Virus record (IMG/VR): IMGVR_UViG_3300010362_000017
Length of the DNA stretch: 64,000 nucleotides
From: an uncultured virus (IMG/VR IMGVR_UViG_3300010362_000017)
Taxonomy: Duplodnaviria; Heunggongvirae; Uroviricota; Caudoviricetes
Reading direction: 5' to 3' (one strand)
A program made the position numbers and the translations under genes. Positions 1 to 9,562 of this stretch are shown here, in pieces (position 1 is the stretch's first letter; each line of letters starts with the position of its first letter). Under the pieces are notes generated by a model. That model did not search any database, was not told the origin of the DNA, and was given only the letters and a program-made list of their open reading frames with translations.

Positions 1-328
1 GCAAAACGCCAGCACCATCGACGTCCATGCCAGCTGGATGGATAACGTCGCCGGCGCGGTCGGCCCCGGTAGAACCAACACCCCCAGCATCACCACGGCT
101 ACCACCGTCGACGTCGTAGGCGCACCGGCCCTCGGCCCCCCGCAAGTTCAACGCAACGTCAAGACGCTGCACGTGCGCAATCGCGGCGCCTCCTCCGCCG
201 GCATCATCGTGACGCACACCGACGGCACGGTCCCGGTCGCCATGCAGGTCGTAACGCTGCCGCCGGGCGCCACCCTGCAATACATCGATGAGGTCGGCTT
301 CCTGCCGGTACTTGGCGGCAGACCATAA
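1..328 (+). CDS. Virion/fibre-associated protein, 5'-truncated by the window edge; paralog of the N-terminal domain of 340..1515
   Basis: Frame is open from base 2 (QNASTIDVHASWMDN...). Aligns by eye with the next gene (VHASW.D, TNT.ITTA.T, QRN.KTLH.R, HTDGTV, LQY.D..GF). Confidence 0.65.
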   Translation, partial: QNASTIDVHASWMDNVAGAVGPGRTNTPSITTATTVDVVGAPALGPPQVQRNVKTLHVRNRGASSAGIIVTHTDGTVPVAMQVVTLPPGATLQYIDEVGFLPVLGGRP

Positions 329-339
329 GGGGCCAGCTA

Positions 340-1515
340 ATGCTGCTTCTGACGTCACCAAACGACCGGCTGCAAATCGTCACCAGCGGACCAGCAACCA
401 TCGTCGTCCACGCCAGCTGGGTGGATACCAACACCTCGACCGGCGTGGTCACGCCCGGCGCAACCAACACCCAGATCACCACCGCCAGCACTACCTCTGT
501 TGCCGGCGCGCCCGCGGCCGGCGTCCAACGCAACATCAAGACGCTGCACGCGCGCCACAACGGCGGCCCGTCGAGCCCCGCCGACGTCACCGTCCAACAC
601 ACCGACGGCACCGTCGTCGCGCAACTCTACAAGCTGACGATGTTCCCGGCCGATGTCCTGCAATACACCGATCAGGGCGGCTTCAACCGCGCCGGTGCGC
701 TGATCACACAGAAGACCGGCGGCGTGCTGCAGTATCAAAGCGCCGGCCTGCTCAAGTTCTCGCCGCGCGACGGCGGCGCCATCAAACACAACGGCTGCTA
801 CCGCCCGATCCCGACCGCCGGTATCGCCGGCCTCGCCAATACTAGCGTCTACGTCAGCGGCAATCCGTCATCGAACCTGGCGGCCAATCAGGGATATTTC
901 ATCTTCGTCATCGACGTGAACGGCGTGCTCACCGCCAACTTCCAGCCCCTCGGTAGCGTTCTGCACGGGCCTTCGACTGCATCCGGCAACGAAGGCACGG
1001 AAATCATGCTCAATGCCGCCGGCACGGTCGAGTATCAGGAGTACACCCTGATCGGCATGTGCCAGACCAACGCCTCGGCCCAGTTCCAGGACGATTCAGG
1101 CTGGCGCGGCGTGCTCAGCTGGTTCAATCGCGTCAACAAGTTCATCTCCGGCGCGCAAATCAATTTCACCACCTCGCTGAACTATCCGCAACTCGGCGGC
1201 ATCATGGCTCTCGCCCTCAACTGGGCGAACGAAACCGTCGCCGCCATTTCCAACGTGTGCGTCTACGTCGACGGCAGCGGCCCAACGTCGGGCGAAACCC
1301 TGTATGCGAACATCGGTATCGACGGGATTTCCACGTTCGTCTCCATGCCGACACCCGGCACCACGCCGTGGGCAGGCGGCGTGCAGGAATCCATCCCGAT
1401 CGGTGGCTTCTGCACTCCCCCCGAAGGCTGGCATTCCTACAGCCTCGCCGCCGGCGTGACCGCCCCGGTCGGCTCACATTTCCTGTGCCAAATGACGGGA
1501 TTTACCCGAGGTTAG
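340..1515 (+). CDS. Putative tail/head fibre-type structural protein
   Basis: 391 aa, T/G/S/A-rich and beta-type. C-terminal half (LAANQGYFIF...TLIGMCQTNASAQFQD...VLSWFNR) resembles fibre modules of alphaproteobacterial phages. Confidence 0.5.
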   Translation: MLLLTSPNDRLQIVTSGPATIVVHASWVDTNTSTGVVTPGATNTQITTASTTSVAGAPAAGVQRNIKTLHARHNGGPSSPADVTVQHTDGTVVAQLYKLTMFPADVLQYTDQGGFNRAGALITQKTGGVLQYQSAGLLKFSPRDGGAIKHNGCYRPIPTAGIAGLANTSVYVSGNPSSNLAANQGYFIFVIDVNGVLTANFQPLGSVLHGPSTASGNEGTEIMLNAAGTVEYQEYTLIGMCQTNASAQFQDDSGWRGVLSWFNRVNKFISGAQINFTTSLNYPQLGGIMALALNWANETVAAISNVCVYVDGSGPTSGETLYANIGIDGISTFVSMPTPGTTPWAGGVQESIPIGGFCTPPEGWHSYSLAAGVTAPVGSHFLCQMTGFTRG

Positions 1516-1522
1516 GGTAGAC

Positions 1523-3826
1523 ATGGCTAATGGCAATGGTAGCGCCCTCACCCCTACGGAGCACTACCGCAACCTTGATGACTTCCCCGGCCGTCCGCCG
1601 CCAACAGCGCCCCCGGACGATCTCGGGCCTCTCACCATTGTCCTGCAAGAAGACGCCGAGGAGCCGGTCGAGAGCATCGGCATCGAGCGCGCCGATGGCT
1701 CGCTGCTCATAAGACTGGACGGCAAGAAGCCGACCGGCGAGCCCAGGGAAAACGCCAAGAAACACAACGCCAATCTCGCCGCCTTCATCGATGAGCGCGA
1801 GCTTGCCCGTATCTGCGACGAACTCCTCAACGGCATCGACGCCGACATCGAAACCCGCCGCGACTGGCTCGATCGCCGCGCCGCCGGCATCAAACACCTA
1901 GCGTTGAAGATCGAAAACCCCAGGAGCCCGACGGCCGACGCCGATACTGCGGTCGAAGGTCAGACCACCATCCGCACGCCCATCCTGTTGGACGCCGTGA
2001 TGCGGCACCAGGCCAACGCGCGGGGAGAACTCCTTCCTGCCGGCGGCCCGGTCAAAGTCACGAACTCGGCAACGGCCAAAACTCCGCGCCGCGCCTTCCT
2101 GGAGAAGCAGGCCGCGCGCCCGCGCGACGAAACCGGTGCCGACGACGATACCCTCGCGGATGACCTGGAGCAGCTTTTCAACCGCTACCTGACGAGCGTG
2201 GACCGGGAATACTATCCCGACACGACGCGCATGTTCTTCATGCAGGGGTTCGGCGGCTCAGGCTTCAAGAAAGTCTACCGCTGCCCCGTGCGCCGGCGCC
2301 CGGTGTCACGCTCCGTCGACGCCGATGACATCATCGTCTCCGACAACGAAGTCTCGCTGCACGAATGCGGCCGTGTCACGCATCGTATCTTTATGCGACA
2401 GAGCGTGATGAGGCGGATGCAGCTGTCCGGCAACTATCTCGACGTCGATCTTATGCCGCCGACAGCACCGTCGCCGGACGCCGTGGAGAGCGCCGAGAAG
2501 GACGTCGCCGGGCTCAATGTGTGGTCGACACGGCAGGAGGACTACAAGCACACGGTCTACGAGTCTTACTGCGAACTGGACATCGCCGGCTTCGAGCACA
2601 AGGAAGACGGCCACATCACCGGCCTGGCGCTCCCTTACCGGGTGAGCATCGATAAAGACTCGCAGACTGTGCTGGAGGTCCGCCGCAACTGGGACCAGGA
2701 CGATGAACTATACCTCAAGCACATGCCCATTGTTAAATACCCGTTCGTGGACGGTCTGGGCTTTTATGGCATCGGGTTACTCCAAATCATGGGAAACGCC
2801 ACTGCCGCCGTCACCACGGCCTGGCGCCTTGCCCTGGACAGTGCAGGATTTAGTTCGTGGCCGGGATTCCTCTATTCCGAAACTGTGGGACGTCAGGACA
2901 CCATGACGTTCCGCGTCGGCCTCGGCGCCGGCGTGAGGATCAACACTGGCGGCCAGCCGATCGGCAACCACGTGATGAATCTACCCTACAAGGACGTCAC
3001 TGCCGGCTTGGTGCAGGTTACCAAGCACATCGAGGAGGAGGCGCGCCGTGTCGGCGGAACGCCGGAGTTGATGGTCGGGGAGGGCCGTCAAGACGTCCCT
3101 GTAGGCACTACGCTGGCCATGCTCGACCAGGCGGTCAAAGTCTTGGACAGCGTGCACAAGGGCATGCACATCGCCCAGGCCGAAGAGTTCGACCTGCTGA
3201 GAAATCTCTTTATCGACCAGCCCGACGCGCTGCTGTGCAAGGACAGCGAAGGTACGCCGGCGCAACAGTGGGAGAAAGAGGACCTGATCAGGGCGCTCAA
3301 GAAGTGCAACCTCTCGCCGCGCGCCGATCCGAATACTCCATCCCACACTATAAGAGTGATGAAAGCCGTTGCCCTGGTGCAGCTGGTGCAGATGAACCCG
3401 CAGATGTGGGACCTGCACGCGGTCGTGCGGAAGGTCGCGCAGATGGTCGGCATGGGCGAGATCGAGGAACTGTTCGCCCCGCCCGGGCAAGGCGCGCCCG
3501 CCGATCCGAAGGCGATGAAGGCGATGGGCGACCTGCAAATGAAGATGCAGGAGTTGGCGCAAGATCAGGAGGACAGCAGGAACAAGATGATGCTTGAGCT
3601 TCTGAGCGAGAAGTTCAAGATGCTGATCGAGAGCATGCAGCTGCAGAACAATCGCGAGGAACGCGCCTCACGCGAGCGTATCGAGGCCGCGAAGCTCGCC
3701 AACGAGCGCATGCAGCTGGCGGAAAGCGCGCTGGTACATCCCGAGGCGACGCCGGTGTCACAGGCTTTCGCGCAGCTGTGGCCGCCGGCGATGGCGTTCA
3801 ATCCTGCGCCAGGGCGCATACTCTAA
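1523..3826 (+). CDS. Portal protein (podovirus type)
   Basis: 767 aa. Motifs GELLPAGGPVK, GSGFKKVY, GFYGIGL, PVGTTLAML, DPNTPS; Q/E/M-rich coiled C-terminus; lies before scaffold and capsid genes. Confidence 0.85.
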   Translation: MANGNGSALTPTEHYRNLDDFPGRPPPTAPPDDLGPLTIVLQEDAEEPVESIGIERADGSLLIRLDGKKPTGEPRENAKKHNANLAAFIDERELARICDELLNGIDADIETRRDWLDRRAAGIKHLALKIENPRSPTADADTAVEGQTTIRTPILLDAVMRHQANARGELLPAGGPVKVTNSATAKTPRRAFLEKQAARPRDETGADDDTLADDLEQLFNRYLTSVDREYYPDTTRMFFMQGFGGSGFKKVYRCPVRRRPVSRSVDADDIIVSDNEVSLHECGRVTHRIFMRQSVMRRMQLSGNYLDVDLMPPTAPSPDAVESAEKDVAGLNVWSTRQEDYKHTVYESYCELDIAGFEHKEDGHITGLALPYRVSIDKDSQTVLEVRRNWDQDDELYLKHMPIVKYPFVDGLGFYGIGLLQIMGNATAAVTTAWRLALDSAGFSSWPGFLYSETVGRQDTMTFRVGLGAGVRINTGGQPIGNHVMNLPYKDVTAGLVQVTKHIEEEARRVGGTPELMVGEGRQDVPVGTTLAMLDQAVKVLDSVHKGMHIAQAEEFDLLRNLFIDQPDALLCKDSEGTPAQQWEKEDLIRALKKCNLSPRADPNTPSHTIRVMKAVALVQLVQMNPQMWDLHAVVRKVAQMVGMGEIEELFAPPGQGAPADPKAMKAMGDLQMKMQELAQDQEDSRNKMMLELLSEKFKMLIESMQLQNNREERASRERIEAAKLANERMQLAESALVHPEATPVSQAFAQLWPPAMAFNPAPGRIL

Positions 3827-3848
3827 CCGAAGAGGGATGGAGGGAGAA

Positions 3849-4799
3849 ATGGCACATCCGTATGCAGGCGAGGCGCAGGCATCGCAAAAGCGCCGACTCG
3901 CAAGACTTCACGGGACCGCCGGCAAGCCGCACGGCTCGTCCAACATGTATAAGAAGACGACGTACCCCGGCAAAAATGCCGGCAGGGACGTCGGCTTCAC
4001 CATCCCCGGCAAGAAAGCGCGCGGGCGCGCCGATCGCATGGCGAACGGCGGCGCCGTGCGCGGCAAGAAGCGAACCAAACCACATCACACGACCAACATC
4101 GTGATCTCGGCGCCTGGTGGGCAAGGCGGTGGCGGCACTCTGGCCGCCCCACGGCCCGGCGTGGTGCCGATCAGGCGTCCGGTTCCTGTGCCGGTGCGTC
4201 CACCGATTGCCCCCCCGGTGGGCGCCGCACCGATCGGCGCACCGCCCATAGGGCCGGCAGCGCCGATCGCGCGTCCGCCAATCGCGCCTATTCGTCCGCC
4301 AATGCCGGGACCGATGCCCGGCATGAAAAAGGGCGGTGTGGTCAAGCGACAAGACGGCGGCCCCGCCGATAAAAAGAAGCAGCAGGACGAAGACGCGGGG
4401 GACGTTACAGAGGATGAGCTAATGGGCGGCGGCGGGCCTGGCGTGGCTAGTCCGCCGATTGCTTCGCTGGCGGAGCCGCCACCAACGCCACCGCAGCAAA
4501 AGCACGGTGGTGGCGTGAAAAAGCGACAGGGCGGCGGCATTCTCGGCGAGCCGCCCGGCCGCGCACCGACGCCGCCGATCAAAGGTCCGCCGACGCTCTC
4601 CGGGCGGCCGGCGCGTCCGGCCATGCCGTTGACCGTGCCGTTGCCGGGAACGCTCGCGGCGCGCCGCACGCGACCGGCGCCTGGGCTCCAGGTCGGCTTT
4701 AAGAAGGGCGGCAAGACCAGGCACAGTGACGAAGCGCAGGACCGCAAGCTGATCAAGAAGATGCTCCGTCAGGAGGAGAAAAAGGAGAAGGCTTCATGA
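3849..4799 (+). CDS. Basic, Pro-rich low-complexity protein with six xxxGG motifs (likely internal virion protein)
   Basis: RBS GGGAGA before ATG 3849. Motifs MANGGAV, MKKGGVV, RQDGG, QKHGGGV, RQGGG, FKKGGK. Confidence 0.65.
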   Translation: MAHPYAGEAQASQKRRLARLHGTAGKPHGSSNMYKKTTYPGKNAGRDVGFTIPGKKARGRADRMANGGAVRGKKRTKPHHTTNIVISAPGGQGGGGTLAAPRPGVVPIRRPVPVPVRPPIAPPVGAAPIGAPPIGPAAPIARPPIAPIRPPMPGPMPGMKKGGVVKRQDGGPADKKKQQDEDAGDVTEDELMGGGGPGVASPPIASLAEPPPTPPQQKHGGGVKKRQGGGILGEPPGRAPTPPIKGPPTLSGRPARPAMPLTVPLPGTLAARRTRPAPGLQVGFKKGGKTRHSDEAQDRKLIKKMLRQEEKKEKAS

Positions 4800-5044
4800 A
4801 AAAGCAGGTGCGCTCGGCGCCGAAGGCGAAGCTCTCGGGCTTCAGGGCCAAGAACCACGAGAGCCGCGATCCTGCACTGGTACGACAAACCGAGTACCAG
4901 GAAGGCAGGTCGCGGTTCGCTCGCGGCGGCAGTGTCGGCGGCGGATATCCCCTGTCGCCCTCGACTGGCGGCGCCGGCGGAGGTCTCGGCCGCTTGCGTA
5001 AGGCCAAAGCTGCTGCCAGGGTGCCGGACAGGACTGAATCTTAA
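4796..5044 (+). CDS. Small basic protein with FARGGSV motif
   Basis: ATGA overlap with the upstream stop; GAGGGLGRLRK tail. Confidence 0.65.
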   Translation: MKKQVRSAPKAKLSGFRAKNHESRDPALVRQTEYQEGRSRFARGGSVGGGYPLSPSTGGAGGGLGRLRKAKAAARVPDRTES

Positions 5045-5079
5045 GAAGCAATCGTAGTGGGTTCTGAGGACAAACCACC

Positions 5080-5349
5080 ATGATGGAACGCGGCGACTAT
5101 GCCTTCGCGGCTGCGCTGGAGCGCAGAATCCGCGAGCTACTTCACGGCGACGGCACGAAAGGCGGGCTCTACAACGGCCTGTTCGCGGCCCAGACCTGGG
5201 ATGACGTCAATCGCACCAGGTCGACGATCGTTGCCTACGAGATCGTGCTCAACATGATGCGCGACGTCGCCAAGGCGCTCAACGAAGGCGAGGAACCGAT
5301 GCGCGCGCCGCCGGGCCAGCCGTCGACATTCAAAGATCGGGTGAACTGA
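5080..5349 (+). CDS. Hypothetical head-module protein
   Basis: RBS GAGGA; coupled to the GroES-like gene. Confidence 0.6.
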   Translation: MMERGDYAFAAALERRIRELLHGDGTKGGLYNGLFAAQTWDDVNRTRSTIVAYEIVLNMMRDVAKALNEGEEPMRAPPGQPSTFKDRVN

Positions 5350-5840
5350 TGCCTGTGACGTTCCACGATCCGACTGCGCCGGTATCGAGCTTTGCTACGA
5401 TGCACCAGGCGCCAATGCCGCCCTGGCGCAACGACGAAGAGGCCGAAGAGTACAGGAATGATCCCAAGGCGTTCCTGATGGACCGCTGCATGGTGTGGAT
5501 ACCCACCGTCACGGTCTACCACAACTGGATCATCACGGCGACGTTCTACATGCCGCAATACGACACGCTGGGGAAAACCGGCGTGAAGTTCTATCGTGCG
5601 GACAAGAGTCACGATGAGGCGTTGTGGCAAGGAAAGGTCGGGCTGGTGATCGGCAAAGGACCGCTGGCGTTCCGCGACGACGATCACGTCAAGTTCTACG
5701 GCCAGAACGTCGAGATCGGCGACTGGGTACAGTACGATATCCTGGAGGGGCGCCAGTTCACGGTCGATCGCATTCATTGCCGGCGGCTCAAGGACACGCA
5801 AATCGTGATGCGCGTGGACGATCCGCGGCTGGTGTACTGA
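5349..5840 (+). CDS. GroES/Cpn10-like co-chaperonin
   Basis: GKVGLVIGKGPLAF...VEIGDWV...RRLKDTQIVMRVDDP follows the Cpn10 pattern; sits in the head module. Confidence 0.75.
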   Translation: MPVTFHDPTAPVSSFATMHQAPMPPWRNDEEAEEYRNDPKAFLMDRCMVWIPTVTVYHNWIITATFYMPQYDTLGKTGVKFYRADKSHDEALWQGKVGLVIGKGPLAFRDDDHVKFYGQNVEIGDWVQYDILEGRQFTVDRIHCRRLKDTQIVMRVDDPRLVY

Positions 5841-5864
5841 GGGCGGGCTTCTGAGGGCAACGTC

Positions 5865-6869
5865 ATGGCGAACGAAGATGAGGACCTGATCATCGACCTC
5901 AATCAAGAGGACGACGATGCGACGACAGCGGACCAGGCGAAGGGAGCGGCAGCAGGGGATCAGCAAGCGGCTGCGCAAGCAAAACCGCCGCCGGTTCCAG
6001 GACCTTCGGGCCGGCAAGCGCCTCCGCCCGCGGTCGGATTGAAAGACCTGGAAGCGCAGGTCGCGGCAGAGCGCGCGGCCAGGAGCCGCGCCGTCGAGGA
6101 CGCCCGCCGGCTGCAGCAGGAGCGCGATAACGCCATCCTCTTTGCCCAGGAGGCAGAGCGGCGCGGCATGTCGGTCTACGAGTTGAACAACGAGAACCAG
6201 ATCAAGGCGCTCACCGACCAGATGGATTCGCTCGAAGCGCAACACGCCGCCGCAATGAACGAAGGCGATTTCACGAACGCGGCAGCGATCAATCGGAAGA
6301 TGCAGCGGCTGGGCGGCGATCTCGCCTTGGCGGAACGCGATAAGATCGTGCTCGCGCAGCAGCGCGAGAACATGAAGGTGCAGCACCAGCGCCGCGTGCA
6401 GCCGGCGCAGCCGCGCCAGCCGGCAGAGGCGGAGCCGAGCGATCCACTGGAGCGCGCCATTCAGGGGCGCACGGAACCGACGAAGGCGTTCCTGCGCCGG
6501 CATCCTGAGCTAATCCGCGGCGACGGCTCGCTCAAACGTACCGCGATCGACGCGCACGAGAGCGCGCTCGATGCCGGCCACACCGTCGATACGCCGGGAT
6601 ATTTCGGCTACATCGAAAGCATCATCGGCCCGGCCAGAGGAGAGGCTATGAACGGTCAACCCAGCCCTACCCATCCGCGTCAACGGGCGCCGACGATGGC
6701 GGCCCCCGTGGAGCGTGGTGCCGCGCCCGGCGGCAGCGCCGATGCCAACACCTTCGTGATGACGCCAAAGATGCGGCGCCTCGCGGAGGAGCAGGGTGTG
6801 GCGCCCAGAGAGTGGGCGCTCAACTACATCCGCCTGCTCAGAGAGGGGCGAATCTCGCCGATCACCTGA
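5865..6869 (+). CDS. Putative capsid scaffolding protein
   Basis: Acidic N-terminus, long coiled coil, DTPGYF, short C-terminal helical domain; between portal and MCP. Confidence 0.7.
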   Translation: MANEDEDLIIDLNQEDDDATTADQAKGAAAGDQQAAAQAKPPPVPGPSGRQAPPPAVGLKDLEAQVAAERAARSRAVEDARRLQQERDNAILFAQEAERRGMSVYELNNENQIKALTDQMDSLEAQHAAAMNEGDFTNAAAINRKMQRLGGDLALAERDKIVLAQQRENMKVQHQRRVQPAQPRQPAEAEPSDPLERAIQGRTEPTKAFLRRHPELIRGDGSLKRTAIDAHESALDAGHTVDTPGYFGYIESIIGPARGEAMNGQPSPTHPRQRAPTMAAPVERGAAPGGSADANTFVMTPKMRRLAEEQGVAPREWALNYIRLLREGRISPIT

Positions 6870-6905
6870 GCGTTAAGGCTTTAACACGTGTATCAGGAGA
6901 GCCCG

Positions 6906-7592
6906 ATGGCAGAGCGAATACCGTCACCTTCTGAAAGAGGCCCGCTGCCGCCGCCGGTGCCGCCACCGGGAATCCCGCCGGGGCTCGCGCCCAATCCCCC
7001 GCACATGCACGAAACCGCCGGGACCGCCGGGCTTGGCGGGCTTGGCTCGCGTCAAGATGAGCCTTCTCCGTTGCGCGATTCCCCGCGCGAGGAAGGGCTC
7101 CATCCCGTGCGCGAGACCATGCGGCTGACGCTGGACCGGACACGCGAGCGGTTGCGCGAGGGCAACGCCAACATCGATCCGTTCAACATCGATGACTTGG
7201 TGGCGCAGTACGCCCCGACCAGAGGCGATCCGCGCAAGGGCAACATCGACAACGAGATCGACTTCAACTGGAAGCGCTATGAGTGCCTGGGCAAGGCCGA
7301 CTACTCGGAACAGCGGGAATACTACCTGCAGGGCTGGCGGCCGGTTCTACACTCGCATTTCCCGGGCAGATTTGCCCCGGAAGGCACGGAAGGTCCCGTC
7401 ATCGTCAAGGACATGATTTTGATGGAACGGCCCATGCGCTTGACAGTGAAGGCGCGGATGGACGAACATGAACAGGCGACTCGGGCTATGCGCGTCAATC
7501 GCGAGAACCTGGGCGTAACGCCGGAGGGCCAGGCACCGAGGATGGTACTCACGAATCGCACCACGCGCGAGGCGATTGAGATACCAGAGTAA
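6906..7592 (+). CDS. Conserved head-module protein
   Basis: RBS AGGAGA; FNWKR...GWRPV...DMILMERP pattern typical of the gene preceding decoration/MCP genes. Confidence 0.6.
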   Translation: MAERIPSPSERGPLPPPVPPPGIPPGLAPNPPHMHETAGTAGLGGLGSRQDEPSPLRDSPREEGLHPVRETMRLTLDRTRERLREGNANIDPFNIDDLVAQYAPTRGDPRKGNIDNEIDFNWKRYECLGKADYSEQREYYLQGWRPVLHSHFPGRFAPEGTEGPVIVKDMILMERPMRLTVKARMDEHEQATRAMRVNRENLGVTPEGQAPRMVLTNRTTREAIEIPE

Positions 7593-7702
7593 TCCCGGAA
7601 TAGCGCCCACGTCCGATGCCGGACGAGTGAACCAGGTCTAATCGCACGGTCTGCGGCGATGCTCGCCAAAGCCGGTAACCCCTTCACAGGGAGAGCCAGC
7701 TT

Positions 7703-8287
7703 ATGGCGAACACACAGGCTCCATTCGGATTCCGGCCCATTCGCCGTCAAGACGGCGCAGCCTGGACTTCGACCTTCACCCAACTCAAGGCCCAGAACAA
7801 CGCCGGCGCGATGAACCGCGGCGACGTGGTTAAGAGCCTCGCCGACGGCACCGTCGCGGTCGCGGCCGCTGCCGATGGTCACGTGGTGCGCGGCGTCTTC
7901 GACGGTTGCCACTACCTGCTGGCCGCTCTCGGCTACAACATCTGGACGAACTATTGGCCGGGCTCCGGCGGTCTCGGCCTGGTCGACTGCTTCGTCATCG
8001 ACGATCCGTTCGTGATCTTCGAGGCACAGGCCAACGCCGGCCCGATCACGCTCGCCGATCTCGGCGCCAACGCCGACATCGTGGTCAACGCCAGCACGAC
8101 CGGCTTCTCCAAGATGGCGCTGGGCGCCCCCACCACCACCGGCTCCGCGGCCTTCCCCTGGAAGATCGTGGGGCTGGGCAATTTCGGTGTGAACATCTCC
8201 GACGGGTACGACGCGGCGAGTGCCTACAACATCGTCGAGGTCGGCTGGAACGAGATGTTCATGAAGACTGCTGCTCTCGGCATCTAG
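7703..8287 (+). CDS. Capsid decoration / minor capsid protein
   Basis: MANTQAPFGFRP start, GDVV, VIDDP.VIFEAQ; immediately upstream of MCP. Confidence 0.7.
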   Translation: MANTQAPFGFRPIRRQDGAAWTSTFTQLKAQNNAGAMNRGDVVKSLADGTVAVAAAADGHVVRGVFDGCHYLLAALGYNIWTNYWPGSGGLGLVDCFVIDDPFVIFEAQANAGPITLADLGANADIVVNASTTGFSKMALGAPTTTGSAAFPWKIVGLGNFGVNISDGYDAASAYNIVEVGWNEMFMKTAALGI

Positions 8288-8315
8288 TCGGGCAGGGAAA
8301 AGAGGAGAATGAGCT

Positions 8316-9227
8316 ATGCCGATTGATATGGCATCGATCAAGAACGAGCTTTTCCCGGGCCTCGCGGCCGTGGAAGGTCGTTACAAGAAGATCGAGACCA
8401 AGTGGTCCCGCCTCTTCGAGAAGCGCAGTTCGAAGATGGCACAGGAACGCCGCACGCAGATGGCGTACCTGCCGCTCGCGCGTGAGAAGGCGGAAGCCCA
8501 GAGCACCTACTTCGATGAGCGCGCGGGTGAACGCTGGTTGTACAACGCAGAGATGAAGGAATTGAGCCTTGGGTATATTATTACCAGGAAGGCCGTGGAA
8601 GACAACCAGTATAAGGCAGAGTTCAATCCTTCCAACCTCGGGTTGCAAGACGTCTTTGCGGTGACCAAGGAAATTTACGCCGCGAACATCTTCAACGTCG
8701 GCACCGTCTTCGACCAGCAGGTCGGCGGTGACCAGAAAGCGCTGTTCGCGACGGACCACCCGATCGACATCGGCGTGGTCGGCAACCGTCCCGGCACCGA
8801 CATCGATCTGAACGAGTCCTCGCTGTTGACCGCCATGACGGTCATCCGCAACAACTGGGTTGATGAGCGCAACATCAAAATCAGCGCCCGCGCGGAGCTT
8901 GTCCTTGTCCCCGCGGCTCTGGAGCAAGTCATCGTGCGGCTGCTACGTAGCGAGCTTCGCCCGGGAACCAACGACAACGACATCAACGCCATCCAGCACG
9001 TCGGTGGCGGGTTGCGCGACTACATCGTCGATGAGTTCCTGACCTCACCGTATGCCTGGTTCATCAAAACCGACAAACGTGGCCTGATCTATTACGATCG
9101 CGTTCCGTTCGAAATGGACATGTACGTCGATTTTGACACAGATAATTTGAAGGTGAAGGGGAGGGAGCGGTACTGTTTCAGCTACTTCGACTGGAGGTCC
9201 GTGTACGGGAGCTTCCCCACGTCGTAA
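8316..9227 (+). CDS. Major capsid protein (HK97 fold)
   Basis: 303 aa. ELFPGL, LGYIITRKAVEDN, GGDQKALFATDHP, LVLVPAALE, AWFIKTD, KGRERYCF; RBS GAGGAG. Confidence 0.9.
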   Translation: MPIDMASIKNELFPGLAAVEGRYKKIETKWSRLFEKRSSKMAQERRTQMAYLPLAREKAEAQSTYFDERAGERWLYNAEMKELSLGYIITRKAVEDNQYKAEFNPSNLGLQDVFAVTKEIYAANIFNVGTVFDQQVGGDQKALFATDHPIDIGVVGNRPGTDIDLNESSLLTAMTVIRNNWVDERNIKISARAELVLVPAALEQVIVRLLRSELRPGTNDNDINAIQHVGGGLRDYIVDEFLTSPYAWFIKTDKRGLIYYDRVPFEMDMYVDFDTDNLKVKGRERYCFSYFDWRSVYGSFPTS

Positions 9228-9321
9228 CTGAATGTGCGCGTCTGGGTGAAACGACACCCGGGGAACTGGCGAGGCGGACTGTCAGCTGCCTGCGCGCATG
9301 TCAAACAAAGGGGAGTCCGCG

Positions 9322-9561
9322 ATGGCACGTCCGCCTGCTGGTCCGATTGGCAACTCCCCGCGCGACCTGCGCGATGACTTCATCGGGGAGGCGGCGGAGT
9401 TGGCCAAGGGCGGCAAGGTCCCGCGCTGGCCGCCTAATCCCAAGCGCATGGTCAATCCCAAGAACACCTTCCACAGCAAGGTGAGTGGCGGAAACTCGAC
9501 ACGTCGTGCTGATCGCTCGCCGTCGTTTCGCCGTGGGCACTTCATGAAGCGGGGGAAATGA
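9322..9561 (+). CDS. Small basic protein with LAKGGKV and RRADR motifs
   Basis: RBS AAGGGGAG before ATG 9322 (ORF track starts at 9298). Confidence 0.6.
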   Translation: MARPPAGPIGNSPRDLRDDFIGEAAELAKGGKVPRWPPNPKRMVNPKNTFHSKVSGGNSTRRADRSPSFRRGHFMKRGK

Positions 9562-9562
9562 C

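Noticed and set aside
9241..9295. Hammerhead ribozyme (CTGGCGA and GAAA present)
   Set aside because: CUGANGA is mismatched and GAAA does not follow stem II.
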